From: Octopus sinensis
Taxonomy: Eukaryota
DNA: 64,000 nucleotides
NCBI RefSeq assembly: GCF_006345805.1
Contig: NC_043006.1
Span: forward strand, 24,738,001 to 24,802,000
Direction: 5' to 3'
Below are positions 1 through 11,892 of this stretch, one piece after another. The position numbers and the translations under genes were made by a program. The notes beneath the pieces were generated by a model, which saw nothing but the letters and a program-made list of their open reading frames with translations, did not search any database and had not been told where the DNA came from. Within the stretch, counting starts at the first letter, position 1. Each line of letters begins with the position of its first letter.

Positions 1-249
1 AACGCAGCGAAAATTTTGAAAAGTTCCCCCAGTTCTGAAAAAAATCGATAAATTCGACATGGGGTCGAGAATAAAAAAAAACAAACCACAGACTGTCTAG
101 GGGACGCAACTCAACCTTTTTTTACTCTCAAAAAAAAATTTACCATAATTTTTTTTCCATTTTTTTGCTATTTTTTGGCTATAACTCTCTAAAGATGCTT
201 TATAGTTATTTCCCTTACAAGCCTGAGCAACGCCGGGCGATACTGCTAG
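1..249 (+). mobile_element. 3' end of a non-autonomous Helitron-like element
   Basis: Ends in a GC hairpin (cctgagcaacgccggg), an 8-nt spacer and CTAG (246-249) followed by T. The last ~65 bp nearly match the 3' ends of the units at 62198-64000. Confidence 0.75.
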
Positions 250-270
250 TATATATATATATATATATAT

Positions 271-450
271 GTTTGTCCTCCCACCATCACTTGACAACCA
301 ATGTCGGTGTGTTTATGTCCCTGTAACTTAGCGGTTTGGCAAAAGAGACCGATAAAATAAGTACCAGGCTTACAAAGAATAAGTCCTGGGGTCGATTTCT
401 TTGACTAAAAGCAGTGCTCCAGCATGACTGTAGTCAAATGACTGCAACAA
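271..450 (+). mobile_element. tRNA-derived SINE family A, 3' half
   Basis: Matches the 3' half of full copies at 4791-5188, 29697-30104, 30418-30800 and 48465-48832. Confidence 0.8.
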
Positions 451-494
451 ATGAAAGAATATATTATATATGTGTGTGTGTGTGTGTGTGTATG

Positions 495-540
<46 letters not shown>

Positions 541-617
541 TCTATATATATATGCATATATGTATATGTATATATATATATGGCAAATGAAAAACGGAAG
601 AAGTATATATATATATA

Positions 618-679
<62 letters not shown>

Positions 680-765
680 ATATACATACATACATACATA
701 TATATACACACACACACATATATGGCAAATGAAAAACGGAAGAAGTATATATATATATGTATATA
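451..765. repeat. (TA)n/(TG)n/(TATG)n microsatellite block with a ~142-bp duplication
   Basis: tggcaaatgaaaaacggaagaag occurs at 581 and 723 within dinucleotide tracts. Confidence 0.9.
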
Positions 766-767
766 TA

Positions 768-2047
768 CGAGGGGTGTATGAAAAGTTTTTAGCCTAACCT
801 AGAAATAGGACTGCTAGATAAGATAGCTGAAACAATTTTTTCTGGTAAGTACAGTCTTTTTGGAGCATTCTTGCTCATTTTCATGATACTGATATTTTAA
901 TATTTTTTTACTGCAGATTTTTGAATTAACATGTATCACGGTTACAAGGAAAATGGAGAAAACTGAGTATCATGCTGTCATAAAGTACCTTCATTTGAAA
1001 GGCATGACTCTATCAGAAATCCATGAAGATATTGGGAGAATCTTAACAGATAATTCTCCTTCATATGCAACAGTCAAACGTTGGGTAAATGAATTCAGGT
1101 GTGGCAGGGAAAGTGTGTAAGTTGATCCCAGACCAGGGGGACCTCCAACTGCAACCATCAAGGACAACCTTGACCTTGTTCTTGGTAGGATAATGCAATA
1201 TCGTTGAATATCATGTCGTTAGATAGCTGAGAGACTAGGCATCTCAACTGAAAGAGCAAACAACATTGTGACAAAAGAACTTGGGTTCTTAAAGGTTTCC
1301 ACAAGGTAAATCCCTCACCTTTTGACTCCTGAACAGAAACATACCAGGTGCACTTTGTCCCTGAGCAATCTGAAACTGTTTGAAGCCGATGAAGAGAATT
1401 TCTTGTTCGTTTCATTACTATGGACGAAAGTTGGGTTCATCACTACCAGCCTGAAACCAAAGAACAATCAAAGCAGTGGAAGCACACATCTTCTCCTACC
1501 CCAAAGAAGGCCAGGGTCATTCCTTCGGCTGGCAAGATCATTTTGGGGGATTCTCAAGGTGTCTTGCTGATCGATTATCTTGAAAAGGGCCACACCATGA
1601 CAGGGCTGTATTATTCTCAGCTACTGAAATGTCTCCGAGAAGCAATCAAAGAAAAAAGGCCAGGAATGCTCACCAGAGGAGTCCTTTTTCATCACAACCA
1701 TGCACCTCAGTGGTTACCATGGCAACAATTCGTGATTGTGGATACGAATCTGTTCCCCATCCACCTTATTTGCCAGACTTATCCTCCTCTGACTTTCATC
1801 TATTCCCAAAAATGAAAATAGCCCTGGCAGGTTGCCATTTTGCCAGTGACAATGACGTCATAGACGCTGTAGGAAGTTTCTTGGAGTCTCAAAAACAAAG
1901 AGTTCTTCTATGCCGGGATAATGGCGCTTCAGCACCACTAAAGAAAGTGTTCAGCCATCGAGGGGGACTATGTTGAAAAATAAATCATCAGAAGACTTGC
2001 ACCATATTCTGTTTTTCTGAGGCTCAAGACTTTTCATACACCCCTCG
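768..2047 (+). mobile_element. Full-length decayed mariner transposon (irritans/Himar-like)
   Basis: 28-bp TIRs (cgaggggtgtatgaaaagtttttagcct, 2 mismatches), TA flanks at 766-767 and 2048-2049, length 1280 bp. Confidence 0.95.
953..1983 (+). pseudogene. Mariner D,D34D transposase with stops and frameshifts
   Basis: MEKTEYHAVIKYL start; TMDESWVHHY, HHNHAP (HDNAP-like) and PHPPYLPDLSSSDFHLFPKMK motifs; ends YVEK*. Confidence 0.93.
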
Positions 2048-2051
2048 TATT

Positions 2052-2091
<40 letters not shown>

Positions 2092-2093
2092 TA

Positions 2094-2888
2094 TCATCAT
2101 CATCATCGTTTAACGTCCGCTTTCCATGCTAGCATGGGTTGGACGGTTCAACTGGGGTCTAGGAAGCCCGAAGGCTGCACCAGGCCAGTCATATCTGGCA
2201 GTGTTTCTACAGCTGGATGCCCTTCCTAACGCCAACCACTCCGAGAGTGTAGTGGGTGATTTTATGTGCCACCGACACAGGTGCCAGACGAGGCTGGCGA
2301 ACAGCCACGCTCAGATGGTGTTTTTTTTTATGTGCCACCGACACAGGTGCCAGACAGGGCTGTATTATTCTCAGCTACTGAAATGTCTCCGAGAAGCAAT
2401 CAAAGAAAAAAGGCCAGGAATGCTCACCAGAGGAGTCCTTTTTCATCACAACCATGCACCAGCCCACACCTCAGTGGCTACCATGGCAACCATATATATA
2501 TATATGCTTGGATGGTGTTTTTTATGTGCCACCGACACAGGTGCCAGACGAGGCTGGCGAATGGCCACGATCGGATGGTGTTTGTTACGTGCCCACAGCA
2601 CTGAGGCCAGTCGATGAGGTACTGGCTACGGCCACGTTCGGATGGTTTTCTTATGTGCTACCGGCACTGGTACCACAAATATACAAATTCCATTGATGGT
2701 CATCTATTTTGATTTGGTTTGATTTTCACTTGCCTCAACAGGTCTTCACAAGTGTCACAAGAAGGAAGGTATGCACAGGTGGACTGACTACGTCCCAGGT
2801 AGGGGCCACGGGTTATGGCCTCACTAGTCTTGCCGGGTCTTCTCACGCACAGCATACTTCCATAGGTCTTGGTCTCTAGTCATTTCCT
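2094..2888 (-). mobile_element. 5'-truncated copy (3'UTR plus RT tip) of the RTE-like LINE at 35745-38832
   Basis: (GAT)n tail, catgctagcatggaaagcggacgttaaacg end motif and ~60-bp gtgccaccg repeats shared with the long copy; both ends abut (TA)n. Confidence 0.88.
2353..2490 (+). repeat. Local copy of mariner segment 1599-1726 inserted in the LINE 3'UTR
   Basis: Near-identical to 1599-1726 but carries 10 extra bp (agcccacacc). Confidence 0.92.
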
Positions 2889-3075
2889 TATATATATATA
2901 TTACTCAAAGGAATTCCAACTCTGTTTTTTTATGTTTTATTTATATTCTTATAATATTAATATAGATATAGGATATAGAATACAGAATATATATAGTAAG
3001 AAAGAAATGAAATGAAGTATTGATTGTCTTACTGAACAAATGAAATATTGAAAATTAAATATTAAATGTCTATTC

Positions 3076-4190
3076 TCATTGAACTAGTATACTTTCTTGC
3101 ATTGAATATTCATCAGGTTCAGATGATAGTTCGGGAGTGAGACCAGTGAAACTTGAGAATATTTGGGCTTCAACATCGCCAACGAACAGGTTCGCATAGT
3201 TGGGGCCCATTCTTGTTCCCATGGCCACTCCCGAGATCAGCTGGTAGAAATTGCCCATGAACGAGAAGCAGTTGAGTGAGAGGACAAGTTCGGCCAGACG
3301 AACGAGTGTGGAGGTGTCAGGTTGGGGGTTGAGTCGGAGGGCAAGGAAATGTTTGAGTGCACGCAGCCCCTCGTGGTGAGGGATCACTGTGTAAATGCTC
3401 TAGATGTTGAGAGTGAGGAGAAATGTAGAGGGACTAGGAGGGAAGGAGAAAGAGTTGAACAGACGAAGCATGTGGTTGGTGTCAGGGATGTGAGAAGGGA
3501 GAGAAGCCATTGGGGAGGGGGGGGGCAAGGATACGGTCAAGATATTTGGAGATAAGCTCAGTGGGGCAGTTACAGGCAGAGACGATGGGGCGGCCAGGGT
3601 TGCTAGGTTTGGGGAGGAAGTAAATGGTGGGGGTGCAGACAATGAGGTTGGAGGCAGTGTGAGGGGGATGGGAAGAAGAGATGAGGTCATGGATAGTGGA
3701 GGACACAGTCTGTTGGTAGCTGGCCGTGGGGTCAGAGGGCAGTAGAAGGAGGTGTCTTGAAGTTGGCGGAGGGCTTCGGCCTTATAGAGGTCCGCGTGCC
3801 ATACCACCACAGCTCCACCCTTGGCGGCCAGTTTTATAATGATGTCAGTGCAGCGTTGGAAGGATCGAAGGGCTGATAGTTCAGCTGGGTAGATGTTGAG
3901 ACGACAGGGATGCCTGGAAAATTTAAACTGGTCCACAGCGTACTGGCAGGCACCCGCAAAAAGATCAACTGCTTGGAACTGGCCAAGAGCAGGCGTCCAC
4001 TGGGATGGTCAGCGGCCCAGGTCAGTGAAGCAGTCCTCCTTATTAGAAGCAGGTGGAATGTTGCAGAAAAGCGCACACAACCTAACGCACAAAGCTGTGG
4101 ATATCAGCACGAGTCTGAAATTCATAACAGGATAGAGTGAGGGGATGACACGCAGACCCCTACTGAGGAAGGAGCACTCTGCCTCAGAGA
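3076..4190 (-). pseudogene. Penelope-like element reverse transcriptase, frameshifted and 3'-truncated
   Basis: LSEAECSFLSRGL N-terminal motif; DIIIKLAAKGGAVVVW (ADKG-like); YFLPK..PGRPIVSACNCPTELISKYLD; GVAMGTRMGPNYANLFVG. Confidence 0.88.
3080..3121 (-). ncRNA. Small type-I hammerhead-like motif, stem II damaged
   Basis: Minus strand TGAAC-CTGATGA-A-tattcaatgcaa-GAA-AGTATACT-A-GTTCA: 5-bp stem I, canonical core, 8-nt palindromic stem III, CUA site. Confidence 0.6.
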
Positions 4191-4674
4191 GGGGAAGATC
4201 TGGGGGAATGGTAACAACAGACTGAAGTGGAGAAGGGGTGGATGGAATAGAAGTAGGAAGGGTGGATGGGGCATAGGTAGAAGGGGTGGTAGGGCTGGTG
4301 GAAAGCTGGGAGGGAGGGGATGGGGATGTGCGAGGGGTTTGGAGGACAAGGGTTTGGATATGAGTGGGAGTAGCATATCAGGGCGGGAGAAATTACAGAA
4401 AAAGCCACTATTATGCAATTCAAACAATGATAGACATAAACCAAATCATAAATAAATAAATATTGTGAAATTTGATTTAATACTAAATTGAATGTTTCCC
4501 TGTAAGTTTGGAGTTATACTCCCTAATATTATATATATATATATACAGCAAAAATTTAGATTCAGATCAATATGGTACTTAAGTTAAAGGCACCAGAATT
4601 TGGTATGGTATTATCCATATAAATCAAATGGGGTGATTATAATCAAAATAAGCAACAAGGATATCCAAAGGTAG

Positions 4675-4762
4675 TGTAGTACAATCGTTTCATGCTACTT
4701 CATTTAATTAAACAATGTAAGTATTACATCAGTTTTAAAATGTAGAGCACTCTTCAGCCACA
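4675..4762 (-). ncRNA. Type-I hammerhead ribozyme candidate with complete core
   Basis: Minus strand TGTGG-CTGAAGA-GTGCT..(~49 nt)..AGCAT-GAA-ACGATTGT-A-CTACA: stem I 5 bp (1 GU), stem II 5 bp (1 GU), GUA cleavage triplet. Confidence 0.7.
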
Positions 4763-4790
4763 TATGGAATTTTAAAAATTATATTGACAA

Positions 4791-5188
4791 TACTCTTTTT
4801 ACTCTTTTACTTGTTTCAATCATTTGACTGCGGCCATGCTGGAGCACCGCCTTTAGTCGAGCAACTCGACTCCGGGACTTATTCTTTTTGTAAGCCCAGT
4901 ACTTATTTTATTGGTCGCTTTTTGCCGAACCGCTAAGTGACGGGGACGTAAACACACCAGCATCGGTTGTCAAGCAATGCTAGGGGAACAAACACAGACA
5001 CATACATATATATATACATATATACGACAGGCTTCTTTCAGTTTCCGTCTACCAAATCCACTCACAAGGCATTGGTCGGCCCGGGGCTATAGCAGAAGAC
5101 ACTTGCCCAAGATGCCACGCAGTGGGACTGAACCCGGAACCATGTGGTTGGTTAGCAAGCTACTTACCACACAGCCACTCCTGCGCCT
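4791..5188 (-). mobile_element. tRNA-derived SINE family A, full length
   Basis: On minus strand: head aggcgcaggagtggctgtgtgg (A box) and ggttcagtccc (B box), internal (TA)n, (AAGAGT)n tail. Confidence 0.88.
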
Positions 5189-6065
5189 ATAGGAGTTCAT
5201 TTTTATACTTAATTCCATTTGCCAACATTACAAAGAGGGTAGGTATATAGACAGAGAGGTGAATTTCATCAGTAAAAACATGGTAGTAGAAGATCTTTAC
5301 TCATGGGTAGATTTCTTCTCACTGAATTTACTTTGTTATTTAGATTTACCACTGGGGAGGGGGCTTTCTATTAAGTTCAGTGAAGACAATCAAGAATTTA
5401 TCTATTTATAGATAGAGGAAGGGTCAGTTTAAGTGACAGTGCCATAAATCCAACACTGTTATGAAGAATTTTACTCTGGTACATTTGAATGTATTTTAGC
5501 TAAAGTTAGTAGGCTGAAGCTAGTGGGGTAGGGAGAATAGAGACTTCTAATACCTTAACCATTTAGCAGTCATAATCCTACTTGTGATTTGAAATAAATA
5601 TCTTTTAGATAGTTTTTTCCAAAGGATTCTAATAAATTTTAGTATCTTATATAGGGATAGAGAGTATAGAAATCATTTCATATTTATAAAAATATATATA
5701 TCAGATTATTATTAATATAGATTTATAGTTAGTTAGTAAATAGTAATTTATTTGCATTAATGAGCTAAATTAAAGGAATATGCTAGACATATCATTTATG
5801 TTAATAATTTTAGAATGTACTTCACTAGCATTATAAAATAGAGTTATAACTGTTTGGTTCTATATAGGTTAAGCGCGTGTCTAATAGAATTGTATTATTC
5901 GGTAAGATGATATAGTGATATATATGATATATGATAATGAGTAAGATAAAATGGTTTTAAATTACTATTACAATTAAAATTACTATTATCATTATTATTA
6001 TTATCATTATTATTATATAATAATAACATTAATATAAACAATAATAATAATAATATCAATAATAT

Positions 6066-6655
6066 ATGTGGAAAGTGAGGGAATGGAGAAAAAAATTAGT
6101 AACAAACAACCATAACTTACATAACAATATAATTATAGATAAGGGAAATAATACTAATGTTAATAACAGCTCTAATAATAACAATGAAAACAGCTTGTTC
6201 CTAAATACTAATATCAGAAATCATCCCCCCAGTTGTGATTGTAGAATTAGATCAAGATGTCCGGTATCTGGTCAGTGTCTGGTCCAAAATATAATTTATA
6301 AATGTACAGTAATGACTTCAAATAATAGCTATTTTTATTTCAGATGTTCGATAGACCAGAAAAATGCTTAAACAATCATTTATCTAGTTTTAGACTTAAA
6401 CATAAGGCAGGTTGCACAATACTGTCTAGTAAAATTTGGGAATTGAAAGGAAAAAATATTGAGTTTAACCTAAAATGGGATATAATAAGAAAGGCACAGC
6501 CTTATAAAAATAGAAGAGATGGATGTGAACTTTGTTCTAAGGAGACATGAAATTTTGAAACATAGGAATAATATAAACTTATTGAATAACCGTTTTGATC
6601 TAGGAGTATCCTGCATACATTGTGCCACCCGTACTTTTAAGTATTTTAAATAATA
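6066..6655 (+). pseudogene. PLE Asn-rich linker, Cys-rich segment and GIY-YIG endonuclease remnant
   Basis: CDCRIRSRCPVSGQCLVQNIIYKCTV; NHLSSF; LSSKIWELK; LKWDIIRKAQPY; CELCSKE. Confidence 0.75.
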
Positions 6656-7095
6656 GCATTCTGACTATTCCTAAATTTTCAAATCTTAATGTTTTGTAAC
6701 CAAATAAGGAAATAATATACCATACTAGTTTATTTAACCTGCATCGATTATTAAGAAATTTAATAATATAAATAAATTAAATAAAGTGAAATAAAATCTT
6801 TAAAAATTTTCTATAAAGGATTGCCTAAATTCCATATATCTAGTGAAATTATTAAGTTCATCTTGGTTACCTCCCTTCCATTACACTTTAAAATATTTTA
6901 AAGGCTCTTCATATATGTGCTAATTGATAGGTTTTTTTTTTGGCTAGGAATTATTCACATAATTAGCTCTTCTTAATTCCCCTTAATTAATATTCAAAGC
7001 CTGATAATTAAATAGATGATAATGTCATTGTTATTTAGCTTCTATTTCAAAATGGTCTGATTATTAATAATAACCAATCTCACACAATAACTCCC

Positions 7096-7450
7096 ATGAT
7101 AAATTATATTAATTCTAGTCTAATAATTATTAAAAGGAAGTCCTTTTACCATGATAAGCATTTTGAGCAAGAAATTAACCCTCATAATGAAGATATTGAA
7201 CCTTTTAAAAAGAACTTTAAGACTAAGAAATTTCCACCACCCAACCACCATCTGGAGGCTTTCAAAAACGATTTATGGAGTACTGTCAAAATTACTAAAT
7301 TTTTAAAATATCCCTTAGGGGAAATGAACATTTAAAGAAACTAAAGTTTTTAGTATGTGATCTTAAAAGAAAAAAATGAAATTATTGTGCAATGTGATAA
7401 AAGTGGAAACTTATATGATATGGATTTATTGACCATGAAGAAAGAGATTA
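7096..7450 (+). pseudogene. N-terminal part of a following PLE ORF (tandem arrangement)
   Basis: NFKTKKFPPP..LEAFKNDLW..VKITKF, then EIIVQCDKSGNLYDM (ADKT.NLY-like motif). Confidence 0.6.
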
Positions 7451-7559
7451 CTAGAATTATAAAGTAGTAAGTAAAAATGTTTTAAGGCCCATTAACTATT
7501 TACTATTTATTTAAACTTCTATCTCACTATATATAGATTAATTCTGGCGTGTTTTTTTG

Positions 7560-8210
7560 TCTTGGTACAGTTGCAAGTTGGCTTTCCATTTTTGTTAGCC
7601 ACTCTGTGCTTTCTTTATGCCTTGCTGGCCTGTTCCACAGCCTTCCCAGAATTCTTTACTTTCTTCTGCATCTGAAATCAGTTCTCGGTGTTGGCCTCCC
7701 TTTATTTCCTTGAATAGATGCCTTCTATTTAATTGGAACAGTCTCTTCTGTTTGAAACCTTTGCATCTGTCATCATATCTTTTCAATTTGGTCTTTAATA
7801 CTGTCATCTTTTGTATCAATGCTTCATGTACTGTTTGATTTCCCTTTTCATCTATCCTGTACCGTCCATTCAATTTTCTGATTACTACCTTAGTCTTGAG
7901 CTCTCCTCTCATTATCCTATTCAATTTCTCCAGTTTTTTCTGTCTTTTCCAACTTCACTCATATTCTCTGCCTCCAGTTTGGTTCTTTCTATCCATTTGC
8001 TTTTATATCTTCAGTTTTTTGCTTGCACCCTCCTATGTTAGCTACAACATTAGCAGCAACTAGGATCAGCTGATTTGATTCAATGATGTTTTCTGTTTTA
8101 ATTAAGCTCAAAACGTCATTTACTTTACCTGGGACTTTCCTCACTTGTTTTCTGTCCATATAACTTACATTTGGTGGTACTTCATTGTTCTCATCAGGCA
8201 TTTTACCTTA
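7560..8210 (-). pseudogene. R4/Dong-like non-LTR retrotransposon, N-terminal fragment
   Basis: KVNDVLSLIKTENIIESNQLILVAANVVA; KLNGRYRIDEKG..LIQKMTVLKTKLKRY..LFQLN; DAEESKEFWE. Confidence 0.7.
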
Positions 8211-8549
8211 CAACATTTCTAAAATCTTCTCTACATCATTCAAGTCTTGTGCTGTACTTACTTACTATTACTTGTCCATCCAGATTGTCTTCATTAGTTA
8301 CTTTGTCTATATTCTCTGGTACTCTGTAGTTTCTATATGATTATTATGATGATGATGATGATGATGATCATTATTATTTGTTTGAGGTTGATACAATAAG
8401 TACCCATTAGACTTGAAGAAATTGACGTAACGCCACCCTGAAATTACTGGCCATGTGCCAAAATTTGAAACCATTACTACTACTACTATTACTGCTACTA
8501 CTACTGCTACTACTACTACTACTACTGATACTGCTGCTGCTGCTATTAA

Positions 8550-8760
8550 GGCAGCAAGCTGGCAGAATCATTAGCATGCCAGACAAAATGCTTAGTGACA
8601 TTTCGTCAGTCTTTATATTCTGGGTTCAAATTCTGCTGAGGTCGACTTTGCCTATCATACTTTAGGGATTGATAAAATAAGTACCAGTTGAGTACTGGGG
8701 TCGATTTAATCGATTATCCCCTCCCCTAAATTTCAGGCCTTGTGCCTCTAGTAGAAAGGG
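8550..8760 (+). mobile_element. SINE family C, degenerate
   Basis: gctggcagaatcattagcatgcc..gttcaaattctgctgaggtcgactttgcc..aagtaccag, as in clean copies at 20516 and 57830. Confidence 0.75.
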
Positions 8761-9309
8761 TTATTACTATTGTTATTGCTGGTCTTATTCTGGCTGACTT
8801 AAGCCCTATGAGTAGATTTGGTAAACAGAATCTGAAAGTAGCTTGTATATATGTATATGTATCTTTGTGTGTGTATTGGGAAGGTGGTGTTATTTATGTC
8901 TTGTTATCTCAATAGGGCATACTAGTTATGTAGAAACTGCACTGTCATACCTGAAATCTCATTCTTTTGTCATTATTCATGAAAAGAAATCCAAGCATTA
9001 CTCTGTTTATGTTTGAAGGAATTAGAGAATGATTACCTTACATGGGAACAGGTGACAGGAAGATCATCCAGCCATATAAATATCTACCTCATCGAATTTT
9101 GTCTTATCCACTGAATTATGGAAAAATGTACATTAAAAGCAGAGAGAGCAAGATGTACATATTGTTATGTATGCTTATGCACAGAGTTAATTGTCTACAG
9201 AAATGCAGAAACATAAACTTATATATGTTCAAGCATCTCTCATATACCTTTTGAAACTTGTGCTTCCAAACACTTCACAAATGCCTTCACATATAACAAG
9301 ATAGAATCC

Positions 9310-9440
9310 ACAAACATATATACTCAGACATAACCCATGTAAATACTCAGGCACATCCCACTAACATATTCAGACCTAACTCACTTATACATACTCGGAT
9401 ATAGCCCACATTATGTACTCTGATATAATCCACACTATGA
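9310..9440. repeat. Degenerate ~26-bp minisatellite
   Basis: Repeated atactcagacataacccat-like units. Confidence 0.55.
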
Positions 9441-9886
9441 TGGAGATACAATATGTGCACCTAAACCTTCTTACACACATACATAATCAGATTCGAGCCC
9501 TTCTTCACACACATACACCTAAGAGTTAAAGGATCTCTCAGGAGTTTCTATGATGAGTATTCCAGTTTGTTTAGTAGCTGAGTAGTTCATAGAGAATTGT
9601 ACCTTTAACATAATACTTAGTCAGAATCAGTATGGTACTGTGAGAAACAATACTGGATCTTTGGATAATAAGTATAGTCCATCTGAAGAATTCCCATACA
9701 ATTTCCCTTCTACTCAATTTCATTCTTGAGGTTAAGGGTTAAGTCTAGGCTATGAGTCAACACACCCAACATGCTATGATTATATATGTGAATTTCTTAA
9801 CCATTTTGTCAAACCATCATGCATATATGCACTATCCCTTTCTCTTTCACACACATACTTGATTATGGACTCACACATAACCACAC

Positions 9887-10686
9887 ATCATCATCATTGT
9901 TTAACGTCTGCTTTCCATGCTGGCATGGGTTGGACTATTTGACTGAGGACTGGCAAACCAGATGGCTGCACCAGGCTCCAATCTGATCTGGCAGAGTTTC
10001 TACAGCTGGATGCCCTTCCTAACACCAACCACACCGAGAGTGTAGTGGGTGCTTTTACATGCCATCGGCATGAGAACCAGTCAGGCAGTACTGGCAACAG
10101 CCATGCTCAAATAGTGTTTTTTACGTGCCACTTGCACAGGAGCCAGTCCAGTGGCACTGGCAATGACCTCGCCCATATATTTTTTTATGTGCCAGTAACG
10201 ATCAAGCTTGAATGGTACTTTTTACGTGCCGCTGGCATGGAAGCCAGTTAGCTGCTCTGTCAACGATCATGCTCAGATGGTGCTCTTAGCACTCCACTAG
10301 CACAGATGCCAGTCATCGAATTTGATTTCGATTTTACTTGCCTCAACAGGTCTTTGCAAGCAGAGTTTAGTGTCCAATGAAAGAAAGGTATGCATAAGTG
10401 GGCTAGTTACACCCCTGGCATAGGCCACGGGTTATGGTCTCACTTGGCTTGCTGAGTCTTCTCACGCACTGCATATTTCCAAAGGTCTTGGTCACTAGTC
10501 ATTGCCTTGGTGAGGCCTAATGTTCGAAGGTCGTGCTTCACCACATCATCCCAGGTCTTCCTGGGTCTACTTCTTCCACAGGTTCCCTCAACCACTAGGG
10601 TGTGGCACTTTTCACACAGCTATCCTCATCCATTCTCACCACATGACCATACCAGCGCAGTCATCTCTCTTGCGCACCACATCTGG
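9887..10686 (-). mobile_element. RTE-like LINE 3' fragment
   Basis: Same tail and 3'UTR as 35745-36350, plus the RT C-terminus (GRSRPRKTWDDVVKHDLRTLGL). Confidence 0.88.
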
Positions 10687-10699
10687 CCCAACTTTTCTC

Positions 10700-11167
10700 T
10701 CAATAAGCCCAGTACTTATTCTATTGGTCGCTTTTGCCAAATCATTAAGTTACAGGGACGTAAACACACCAACATCAGTCGTCAAGTGATGTTAGTGAGG
10801 GACAAAAACAGACACACAAACATATATATATATATTCCCTCCTTGTTTTTTTCTGTGTCCCTTTCTGTAGAAGAGCGTAGGCTTGAAACGTAAAAGACTT
10901 TTTCTATTCCTGAGCGTTATACTAATACATCTGGTTGTTTTGTACACCACCTGTCTTCGTCTTTAGTTTTTTTGTAAACTCTCCCTATATATATATATAT
11001 ATATATGTATGACGGGCTTCTTTCAGTTTCTGTCTACCAAATCCACTCTCAAGGCTTTGGTCGACCCAAGGCTGTAGTTGAAGACACTTGCCCAAAGTGC
11101 CATGCGTGGGACTGAACCCAGAACCATGTGGTTGGTAAGCAAGCTACTTACTACACAGCCACTCCTA
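10700..11167 (-). mobile_element. SINE family A (interrupted)
   Basis: aagcccagtacttattctattgg..; ggactgaacccagaaccatgtggttggtaagc head region. Confidence 0.8.
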
Positions 11168-11892
11168 TAGTTTTTTTTTATATTGCATTGTTTTACATTG
11201 ATTTTTCCTGTATATGTATGATTTGTGCGCATTTTTCTTAAAATATGAAATCTTAGAACTATTAACTTTCTTATTAATCATGAAATAAATGTGGAATTTG
11301 CAAGTCAGGCAGCTTGAAACAAGCAGAGTTACGTGCCTTGTTCACAAAATATACAATGATTGTAGTAAGTTTTGAAGTACTGAAGCATTTTAACCTTATA
11401 TTTATAGAGACAGGCATTGTGTATTACTGTTGTTGGTAGCATGTGTTAGAGATAAACTAAGAGTAATTGTGGAAAACTTAGCTTGACACAACAACAAAAA
11501 GAACACTTGCATTCTTGAGAGTTAAATGATACCACAAGCTTGCTTAATTCCTTCCCAATATGGAACAACATGTTTAAACTCTTGATATTCTGCAACTAAT
11601 TTATTTATAATGAGGAAATCCTTTCATTGTCCTTATAAGTAGAAATTATCCAAATTGCTTCTAATCACTAAGAATATAGCCTAGGCAACACTTATGAGCA
11701 AGTATGACCTAGTAGCTTGTACTCGCTTTTGCTAACTATTTTAGGTGCCTATGTAGTGACACCCTTTAACCTCCACCATCCTTGACCCAGTGAAACACTG
11801 AGGCTGTGACTGCTAGAAAGAGACTGCTATACCAACAGTCAAGAGCTGCTTATTTTCGGCTTAAGTACAGTGAAATGTGTATTGTGAAATGT

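Noticed and set aside
370-781. Overlapping YI/CV/HT-rich ORFs (also near 32342, 34892, 44571, 48117, 60535, 62072)
   Set aside because: Translations of (TA)n, (CA)n and (TATG)n microsatellites.
2094-2888. Independent SINE family (catcatcgtttaacgtccgc.. repeats)
   Set aside because: Continuous with the RT stop codon of the LINE at 35745-38832, so these are 5'-truncated LINE copies.
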